NCBI GenBank assembly: GCA_039630575.1
Contig: JBCNUW010000030.1
Span: 1 to 15,196 of the forward strand
DNA from: Candidatus Hydrothermales bacterium
GTDB lineage: Bacteria > Hydrothermota > Hydrothermia > Hydrothermales > JAJRUZ01
Length of the DNA: 15,196 bases
Direction of reading: 5' to 3'
Shown piece after piece: positions 7,846 to 15,196 of this stretch. Position 1 is the stretch's first letter. The number at the start of each line of letters is the position of its first letter. The notes beneath the pieces were generated by a model that worked only from the letters and a program-made list of their open reading frames with translations, did not search any database and had not been told where the DNA came from. Made by a program: the position numbers and the translations under genes.

Positions 7846-8905
7846 TTTTTTTCATAAATTTAAGGCTCTCTTTTTTGCTGAAAAGGAAAAAAAATTTCCC
7901 ATAAGAAGTGAAAAGTATTTTTCTTTTCTTGTTGAGGAAAATAAAGAACCCTCTCACCCATTCTGTAATTTTATTGAAAATACAAAAAGAAAGGGTTTTA
8001 AATACATAGAACATCTAATAATAAATAATATACTTAAATTAGATGAAAAAGAGAGTTATTATCTTTACGAGCAAGAATTTAAAATCTTAGGAAAGACTTA
8101 TTTACGAAAGGGTCTTTTATGCTCTTACAATATGGAATTTTCAAATAGAGTTTTGCCCCATGAAAATATTTTTGATTTTGGTGCTGAAATTCACAGAGGT
8201 TTTTATGAAAATTCAAAAATAAACTTTGAAGCAGTGTTACTCCTTTATGATGGAGAAAAAATAGATGAATTCATCAAAAATGAAGACTTTTTCTTAGAAA
8301 TTAATGATGAATATAACGAGGTACATAGAATTAAAAGATGTGAAGTAAAAGATGAATTTTTCAGAATTATAAAAAAGGGAGATCTTGTTATCGCTGATGG
8401 TCACCACAGGTTTGAAGCCTCAAAAAGATCAAGATTTAAAAAAAGGCTTGTTCTTTTGTTATCAGTCTTGGATGAGAATTTAAAAATTTTACCAACACAT
8501 AGAGCTCTAAATTTAAAAGAAGAAGAAATAATTCCATATATAAAAAGGTCTATGATAATAAAGGAGGAAAATTTTGAAACTCTCCTAAAAGAAATTGAAA
8601 ATCCTGATATTATTATTTTTTTTAAGGATAATTTCTACCTATTAAGGGGTGAAAGAGAGTTATCTGTTGAATATCTTCATGAATTTATAATTAAAAACAG
8701 AGAAAAAGATGTTTGCTTTTACAGAGATTACAGAAATCTTTTAGAAGATATAAAAAAAAGAAAATTCAACACTGGATTTATTTTACCACCAATTTCTCCT
8801 AAAACTATTTATGAATATGCACAAAAAGGTCTTAGATTACCACAAAAATCAAGTGATTTTTACCCAAAGATTCTATGTGGATTTGTAGGTTTATTACTTG
8901 TATAG
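7835..8905 (+). CDS. DUF1015 family protein (ParB/Srx-like DGHHR motif)
   Basis: YYLYEQ, VLPHE, IADGHHR, LPTHR, LPQKSSDFYPK; TTG 7835 preferred over 7811 (start uncertain). Confidence 0.85.
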   Translation: MEDSFFHKFKALFFAEKEKKFPIRSEKYFSFLVEENKEPSHPFCNFIENTKRKGFKYIEHLIINNILKLDEKESYYLYEQEFKILGKTYLRKGLLCSYNMEFSNRVLPHENIFDFGAEIHRGFYENSKINFEAVLLLYDGEKIDEFIKNEDFFLEINDEYNEVHRIKRCEVKDEFFRIIKKGDLVIADGHHRFEASKRSRFKKRLVLLLSVLDENLKILPTHRALNLKEEEIIPYIKRSMIIKEENFETLLKEIENPDIIIFFKDNFYLLRGERELSVEYLHEFIIKNREKDVCFYRDYRNLLEDIKKRKFNTGFILPPISPKTIYEYAQKGLRLPQKSSDFYPKILCGFVGLLLV

Positions 8906-8933
8906 GATAAAAAAATACATATAAAATAATATT

Positions 8934-11600
8934 ATGAAAAATTTAACTCTTCTTATTTTTTTATTACTTTTTAATTGCCTTCATATTCATCATTATCAGC
9001 ATTTACCTAAAACTGAAGAAAGACCAGAAAAGAAAAAAGAATTAACCTTCAAGTCTTGGGAAGATGTTCTTAAAGATACGAAGTTTTTACCTGGATTTTT
9101 GAAAGTTCATCTTAAAAGGGATAACACTTTATTTCTTGAACTATCTGCTTCAGACTTTGAAAAAGATTTTGGACTTGTTATGCATATTTCATATGGTCTT
9201 GGAGATTTGGATGTGATTGAGGGTTTACCTATAAGTGATACAAGATTATTAAGATTTAGAAGAATTGGTGATAAGGTTTATTTGATTCATAGAAATGCAA
9301 GATTTAAAGCATCAAGAAAAGAATTTACCCATTTTGTTGAGGAAAATGTAGGTCATTCAGTTATAGCCTCCTTTAAAATTGAAAGTGAAAATGAGAAAAA
9401 TAAAAATATACTAATAAACCTTACTGATTTTCTGGTTTCTGACTATCCAGATCTTGTTAATTATCTTGAGTATTTTTATAAAAGTAAATCAGTAAAGTTT
9501 AATAAAAGTAACAGTACCATATACAAAATAAAGAACTTTCCGGAAAATACAGAGGTTGATGTGATGCTTTGTTATGATACAAGTGAGTATCCATTAGAAA
9601 CAGGGGAAGGTATATCTGACTATAGGTTTCTCACAATAGGGATAAGATTTTCCTTTTACAAACTTCCAGATACACCTATGAGACCAAGATATGCTGATGA
9701 GAGAGTGGGTTATTTCATAGAAGCAGTCATGGATTTTGACAGAGAAAAAGAGGAAAGTCCATTTGTTAGAATGATTACAAGGTGGAGACTTGAAAAAAAG
9801 GATAATTCTAAAGAAATTTCTGAACCTGTTAAACCAATTACATTTTATTTGGATAAAAGCATACCTGAAGAGTATCGGAAATTTGTAAGAGAGGGCGTAC
9901 TTGCTTGGAATGAGGCGTTTGAGGAGGCAGGGTTTAAGAATGCAATTGTTGTAAAGGATGCACCTGACGACCCTAATTGGGATCCAGAGGATATAAGATA
10001 TTCCACAATAAGATGGGTTTCTGCAAGGGAAATGGGGTACGCTATAGGACCTTCACAAGTTGATCCGAGGACAGGTGAGATACTCAACGCTGATATTCTT
10101 ATTTCAGCAAGTTTTGTAAGAGGTTGGCTTTCTGATTATCAGGAATTGGTTGATCCTTTAAAGTTTGAACGAGAAATAAAAGAAGTTGAGGATTTAGATA
10201 CATATTTTAAAAAAGATAATAGAAGAGATAGATTATGTTTCTACGAGAAAGGACTAAGACATCAAATCGGGTTTCTTTATACTGTTTTAGAATCTTACGG
10301 TATTGTTCAATCTGATAATGAATTTCCCATTCAGTATATAGGTGATGCAATTAGAGACCTTGTAATGCATGAAGTTGGACATACACTTGGTTTAAAACAT
10401 AACTTTAGAGCGTCTTCCTCCATTCCTTTTGAGAAACTAAATGATACCTCTTTTACTCGTAAACACGGTTTAACGATATCTGTTATGGATTATACTCCTG
10501 TAAATATTTCAAGTGATCCCAAAAAACAGGGAGATTTTTGGAATAAAAAGGTTGGAGAATACGATAAATGGGCAATAAAGTTTGGTTATGCACCCTGCTA
10601 TAAACAGAAAGACGAAGAAACTTTTGCTAAGACCGGGGAATTAGTTGAGTCCCCTGAAGAAGAAGTAAAGTATCTAAAAAAAATAGCAAAACTCAACGTA
10701 AACCCTTTTTATACATATGGATCTGATGAAGATGCAAGCTTACTCTTAGGTGTTGATCCACTAACAACAAGGTGGGATCTTTCATCAGACCTTTTAAAAT
10801 ATGCTCAAGAAAGATTAAAAATAGTAGAAAATGTGTTACCAAAATTGGAAAATTTTGTTATAAAGGAAGATCAAAGTTATTCAAGATTAAGGAATGCTTT
10901 TTTAAGAGTTAATTACGAAAGGTATCTTGCTCTTTTACACCTTGTAAAGTTTTTGGGTGGAGTATATTTTAATAGATTTCATAAAGGTGAGAAAGAGCCA
11001 CCACTAAGACCAGTGCCTTCCGATATTCAGAGAAAGGCTTTTGAATTTTTAAGACTGAATATTTTTTCAAAAGATGCCTTTAAATTTGACGGAAAATTAT
11101 TGAATAAACTTTCTCCTGATAGGTGGGTTCACTGGGGGATGTGGGAAACTCTATTTCCTATTGATTTCCCAATTCACAGTTATGTACTTTCCATACAAAG
11201 GAGATTTCTAGATCTAATTTTCTATCCTCCAAGACTACATAGAATTGTTGATAACAGGGTAAAAATATTGGAAGAAAAACCTTTTGAATTAACTGAACTT
11301 TTTGAGTCTCTTACACAGACAATTTTTGAAGAAATATTTTTAGTAACTCCAGAAAATGTAAATTCCTTTAGACGTAATTTGCAGAAAATTTTTACCGAAA
11401 AACTCGGTGAGATTCTCTTAGGAAAGTTTTACCCTCAAGATGCTAATTCTCTTTCTCGTTACGAGCTTCAAAAAATTAAGACAAAAATTGAACAGATAAT
11501 TGATAATAAAGAATTGGATCAAATAACAAAAGCACATTTCATAGAATTAAAGGAAAAAATTAAAAGGTACTTGGAGGCTTCTTTATTTTTACCTTTTTAA
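8934..11600 (+). CDS. Large zinc metalloprotease (metzincin; DUF5117/DUF4953-type), predicted lipoprotein
   Basis: HEVGHTLGLKH (10368-10400), Met-turn SVMDY, PRYADERVGYF, DPRTGEILNADI; signal peptide ending LFNC (Cys15). Confidence 0.92.
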   Translation: MKNLTLLIFLLLFNCLHIHHYQHLPKTEERPEKKKELTFKSWEDVLKDTKFLPGFLKVHLKRDNTLFLELSASDFEKDFGLVMHISYGLGDLDVIEGLPISDTRLLRFRRIGDKVYLIHRNARFKASRKEFTHFVEENVGHSVIASFKIESENEKNKNILINLTDFLVSDYPDLVNYLEYFYKSKSVKFNKSNSTIYKIKNFPENTEVDVMLCYDTSEYPLETGEGISDYRFLTIGIRFSFYKLPDTPMRPRYADERVGYFIEAVMDFDREKEESPFVRMITRWRLEKKDNSKEISEPVKPITFYLDKSIPEEYRKFVREGVLAWNEAFEEAGFKNAIVVKDAPDDPNWDPEDIRYSTIRWVSAREMGYAIGPSQVDPRTGEILNADILISASFVRGWLSDYQELVDPLKFEREIKEVEDLDTYFKKDNRRDRLCFYEKGLRHQIGFLYTVLESYGIVQSDNEFPIQYIGDAIRDLVMHEVGHTLGLKHNFRASSSIPFEKLNDTSFTRKHGLTISVMDYTPVNISSDPKKQGDFWNKKVGEYDKWAIKFGYAPCYKQKDEETFAKTGELVESPEEEVKYLKKIAKLNVNPFYTYGSDEDASLLLGVDPLTTRWDLSSDLLKYAQERLKIVENVLPKLENFVIKEDQSYSRLRNAFLRVNYERYLALLHLVKFLGGVYFNRFHKGEKEPPLRPVPSDIQRKAFEFLRLNIFSKDAFKFDGKLLNKLSPDRWVHWGMWETLFPIDFPIHSYVLSIQRRFLDLIFYPPRLHRIVDNRVKILEEKPFELTELFESLTQTIFEEIFLVTPENVNSFRRNLQKIFTEKLGEILLGKFYPQDANSLSRYELQKIKTKIEQIIDNKELDQITKAHFIELKEKIKRYLEASLFLPF

Positions 11601-11643
11601 ATTCACTTGTGAGATCAGAATCTGTTTAGTTAATTAAAAGACA

Positions 11644-12420
11644 CTAGTAAATTTCCTCTTTAACTGTAGCTATTGTGATATTAATTGAACTGTTCTTTTT
11701 GACTTTAGTTCCAGGTTTTGGATCTTGATTTATTACCTTATTTTCAGGATACTCGGCACTTAATTCCTTTCTTATCACTCCTGGCTTTAAACCTTCTTTT
11801 TCAAGTATTGATATTGCCTGTGATAAATACTTTCCTATAATGTTTGGAACTGTAACAAGTTCTTGTGTCTTTGATATAAATATTTTTATAGCTGAACCCT
11901 TAGATACTTCACTTCCACCCTCTGGATGGGTTCTAACAACATGTCCCTCTGGAACTTCTGAACTTGAAATTTCTTCAACTGCTTCAATTATAAAACCTTG
12001 CTCAAGTAAAATCTTTTGTGCCGAGAGGAGATCAAGACCCTTTAATATAGGAATTTTTACATATTCAATTTTTTTAGTCTTTGCAACCTTCACATATACC
12101 TCGCTCCCTTGATTCACAAAGGAGCCAGCAAGAGGTCTTTGTTCTACTATTGTTCCTTCAGGATATTCTTTTGTTTCTACTTCTCCTTCCAAAACAAGAG
12201 ACAAATTAACTTGAGAGAGAAGTATTTTTGCTTGAGAAGGAAATATCCCCCTTAAATCAGGAACTTCAACATTAGTACTTTTAAGTTTTTCCTTTAAATA
12301 TGTAAATTTTTTTTCCTCTAAAGAAGGTACAACAAAAAAATAAAAAACTAAATTAATACCTATAGCAACAAAAATTGATGTTACAAGTGATATTAAAAAA
12401 GCTGTTCCTCTATCAACCAT
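11644..12420 (-). CDS. Membrane-anchored protein with three PASTA domains
   Basis: N-terminal TM helix, then repeats VEVPDLRG..EQRPLAG, VKIPILKG..RTHPEGG, VTVPNIIG..NQDPKPG; no kinase or PBP domain. Confidence 0.92.
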   Translation of the reverse strand: MVDRGTAFLISLVTSIFVAIGINLVFYFFVVPSLEEKKFTYLKEKLKSTNVEVPDLRGIFPSQAKILLSQVNLSLVLEGEVETKEYPEGTIVEQRPLAGSFVNQGSEVYVKVAKTKKIEYVKIPILKGLDLLSAQKILLEQGFIIEAVEEISSSEVPEGHVVRTHPEGGSEVSKGSAIKIFISKTQELVTVPNIIGKYLSQAISILEKEGLKPGVIRKELSAEYPENKVINQDPKPGTKVKKNSSINITIATVKEEIY

Positions 12421-13759
12421 AACTTATTCTTGATAAAATTATACCCACTATTAAAAGAATTCCAAATGAAAAGTGTAATTTTGCTGTAAAAAGGTCAAGT
12501 AAACCAAACTGAAGATAATTTGGTCTAAAGGCTAGCCTTACATTTCTATAAGCAAGTGGAGCTGTAAATAACACAATGATAGTTTGCCATGGAATAATTT
12601 TTAAAATTATCAAAATAATCGTAAATAGATAAGAGAGGAATACTAAAATTAAGTAGTAATAGGACGACCCTTTAACCCCAAGATATGAAGCAACGGTTTT
12701 ATAACCAGCCTTTATATCCTCAACTAAATCTCTAAAATTGTTACCATGAAGAATTCCAATAACTAAAAACCCAACAGGAAAAGAAATAATAATAGGTAAA
12801 ATTGATATTTCTTGTGTTTGAACATAGTATGAACCAAAAGCAAGTAGTGGTCCAAAGGCAAGAAAAACTGAAAGATCTCCTAATGCTCTATATTTAAGTC
12901 CTATAGGTTTTACTTGATAAAAAACACCAAGGAAAAGTCCAACAATACCTATTATTAAAATCCAAATACCTTTTAGAATTGTAAGAATTAAACCTATGGT
13001 GGATCCTAATAAAAGAAGTATTAAAACAAGAGCTGTTTGTTCTTTAATAGTCAAGAGTTTATCTTGTAACATTCTTGAAGCACCTATAACCAGCCAATCA
13101 TCAACTTTATATTTATAATCCATCAAATCATTTAAGGCATTCACTCCTGCATGGATCAGAAGAACTCCTAAGAGAGTTATAAAAAGAAAAGGAAGACTTA
13201 ACTCTTTTGCAAGAAGAGCACCTAACACACAGGATACAAATGTGGCGGTAAAGGAAAATGGTCTTGTAGCCTTAAAAAATCTCTTCCATTTTGGAATAGG
13301 GGTGTCTAACTGAATAGAAAATTTAAGATCATCCTCTTTTGGAATTATTACCTCTCTTGGTTTAAATGAAGTTCTAAAGTCTGATAAGTATAATTTTGTT
13401 GGTTTTATCTTAATAACAACAAGATCCTTAACCATTTTAACAAAGGGTATAAGCTCTAAATTTTTCTGGAAAAGTAGTATTCTTTCTTCCTCTCTCTCGG
13501 ATGGAGAACCAAGTATTTGAGCTTCACCTTCACCCTGAATGAAAAGGTCTGGTATTCCTCTGTCAATAGTGAAAAAGACCTTGTTATTTTTAATAATGTT
13601 ATTATAGTTTTTAGATTTTTCTATGATAGCAAAGAGGTATAGGCCCTTACTTGCAAAATATACCCTACTTGTCCAGAGGTCATCTCCAGTTGTGGATAGA
13701 GTCATTGTTTTATTTTTTCTATAGATTTCAAAAATTTTTATAATTGTTTCTTTGTTCAT
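12413..13759 (-). CDS. Fusion: PNPOx-like split-barrel domain + MenA/UBIAD1-like UbiA prenyltransferase
   Basis: N-terminal ~135 aa soluble ([44 protein letters not shown]); C-terminal [45 protein letters not shown] with multiple TM helices. Confidence 0.88.
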   Translation of the reverse strand: MNKETIIKIFEIYRKNKTMTLSTTGDDLWTSRVYFASKGLYLFAIIEKSKNYNNIIKNNKVFFTIDRGIPDLFIQGEGEAQILGSPSEREEERILLFQKNLELIPFVKMVKDLVVIKIKPTKLYLSDFRTSFKPREVIIPKEDDLKFSIQLDTPIPKWKRFFKATRPFSFTATFVSCVLGALLAKELSLPFLFITLLGVLLIHAGVNALNDLMDYKYKVDDWLVIGASRMLQDKLLTIKEQTALVLILLLLGSTIGLILTILKGIWILIIGIVGLFLGVFYQVKPIGLKYRALGDLSVFLAFGPLLAFGSYYVQTQEISILPIIISFPVGFLVIGILHGNNFRDLVEDIKAGYKTVASYLGVKGSSYYYLILVFLSYLFTIILIILKIIPWQTIIVLFTAPLAYRNVRLAFRPNYLQFGLLDLFTAKLHFSFGILLIVGIILSRISYG

Positions 13760-13811
13760 AATTTATTATAAAAATTATGAAAAAATTTCTTCAATTATGT
13801 TAAAATTAGCT

Positions 13812-14378
13812 ATGTTAAAGATCTTTTTAATTTTAATTTTTTTACAAATAAAAATAGAAAGACTTTTGAACAGAAATTCAACACCTGAAGAAAGGGTCAA
13901 AACAGCAATTCAGTTTAAAGACAAGGAAATTAAACTTTCATCAAAGATAAAGGCAAATATTAAAACAAGTAAGGGTGAAGTAATTTGTGAGCTTTATCCT
14001 CAGTATGCACCAAAAACAGTAACTAATTTTGTTAAGCTATCCTCTCTTGGATTTTACGATGGTTTAAAATTTCACAGGTATGTTCCTGGTTTTGTAATTC
14101 AAGGTGGAGATCCCTATGGAACAGGTTATGGAAATGCTGGATATACTATACCTCTTGAAACTCATCCCAAAGCAAAACATGTAGAGGGAGCACTGGGAAT
14201 GGCTAGAGCAGCTGATCCAAACTCAGGTTCTTGTCAATTTTATATTACTCTTTCCCAGACTCCTCATTTAGATGGAAACTATACAGTTTTTGGTAAAGTA
14301 ATAAAGGGAATGGATGTTGTAAAGAAGCTCAGGCAGGGTGACATAATTGAAAAAATTGTTATTTTTGAGAGTAAGTGA
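13812..14378 (+). CDS. Cyclophilin-type peptidyl-prolyl cis-trans isomerase, probably exported or membrane-anchored
   Basis: [57 protein letters not shown]; hydrophobic N-terminus. ATG 13812 or 13797 more plausible than 13752. Confidence 0.93.
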   Translation: MLKIFLILIFLQIKIERLLNRNSTPEERVKTAIQFKDKEIKLSSKIKANIKTSKGEVICELYPQYAPKTVTNFVKLSSLGFYDGLKFHRYVPGFVIQGGDPYGTGYGNAGYTIPLETHPKAKHVEGALGMARAADPNSGSCQFYITLSQTPHLDGNYTVFGKVIKGMDVVKKLRQGDIIEKIVIFESK

Positions 14379-15048
14379 TTTTTTTCTTATTTTTTTAGAA
14401 AATTTTAAAGTAATTTATCCTACATATCTTGGTAATGTTCAGAGTAATTTTTATAGAGTCAATCCTCCAGATAGTTTAAATTTAAAATGGAAAGTTTATT
14501 AAGGTTTTGCAAAGAGTTGAGTAAATGGTGAGATTTTATGGGCAGGGACTGAGTGGACAGGATAGACTCTTTTGACCGAAGAAAACGGAAATAGTTTTTT
14601 ATATATCCCTTCCTTATCAAATTATCTTTTTAAAGTTAGGTTAAAAACTGGAGAAACAGTTTACAAGACAAATTTGATGATGCTCTTAAAATGATTCCTA
14701 CCTTTTGCATTTATGATAAAAAGATTTTTTTGATAGTTGGAACATAAAAGGGCTTTATAAGAGAGTAAGAGATAATGATTTAAAAACTTTACATCTTGTT
14801 TCTCCCTATGATGGGAAATAATTTTTTCTAAGAAGATTCCAAGCACTTTAAGTTTTAGTAAAGATACTGATGCTCTCCGGTAGTTTTGAGAGGGAAAGTA
14901 TATTGGGCTTGTGAGAATGGTTATCTTTATAGAAGTATTATAAATAGAGAGGAAATTGTAAACATTAATTCTATCAAATTTTAATAGTGATTTAGAATCT
15001 AACTTAAAAAGATGTAATGTTTTTATAGAGGCTTCTTTGACACTTTTA
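14375..15048 (+). pseudogene. Decayed gene, probably an exported PQQ-like beta-propeller protein
   Basis: Stitched frames give YPTYLGNVQSNFY..PPDSLNLKWKVY*G..*..WAGTEWTG*TLL..LFKVRLKTGETVY / FDDALK / SFSKDTDA / SPVVLRGKVYWACENGYLY / NVFIEAS; in-frame TAA 14500, TGA 14518, TAG 14563 and several frameshifts. Confidence 0.72.
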
Positions 15049-15196
15049 ATGTCCTTATATTTTTTTCTTCAAGTTCAGTCGCTTTTTTGGTATTGATACA
15101 TCGAACTTAGACTTAAAATTTAACCCATGTTTGCCATTTTTTAGGCAAAAAATTGAATTTTTAACGCCTTTTAATTTCAAAAGTTATTGATTTTCA

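Noticed and set aside
11601..11643. Bidirectional terminator between convergent genes
   Set aside because: Only 4-bp palindromes (TCAC-TT-GTGA, CAGA-A-TCTG) and no convincing stem plus U-tract.
14500..14565. Stop-codon recoding (Sec, Pyl or alternative code) in the last gene
   Set aside because: TAA, TGA and TAG all occur along with frameshifts, and all three act as normal stops elsewhere in the window.
14661..14846. 61-aa minus-strand ORF
   Set aside because: Antisense to the plus-strand pseudogene; no supporting features.
15071..15152. Inverted repeats AAGTTC/GAACTT and TTTGCC/GGCAAA near the right edge
   Set aside because: 6-bp stems with no downstream U-tract on either strand; not enough to call a terminator, ncRNA or IS end.

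Overview
Very AT-rich, densely packed bacterial chromosomal window, mostly housekeeping. Left, minus strand: a minimal ComEC and a partial P-loop-like ORF running off the edge (missed by the ORF track). Then a ~10 kb plus-strand run: cold-shock protein, ychF, a structured leader RNA, rpsF-ssb-rpsR-rplI, DUF3307-like membrane protein, DUF151/BFN nuclease, aldehyde dehydrogenase, SerA-like dehydrogenase, DUF1015 protein and a large lipoprotein metzincin. A convergent minus-strand pair encodes a PNPOx-like split-barrel::MenA/UBIAD1-like prenyltransferase fusion and a stand-alone 3xPASTA membrane protein. A cyclophilin and a decayed, probably beta-propeller, pseudogene close the window. No tRNA, rRNA, CRISPR array or mobile element was seen. 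The best candidate for new biology is the split-barrel::prenyltransferase fusion. All family calls come from motif recognition by eye, not database searches.
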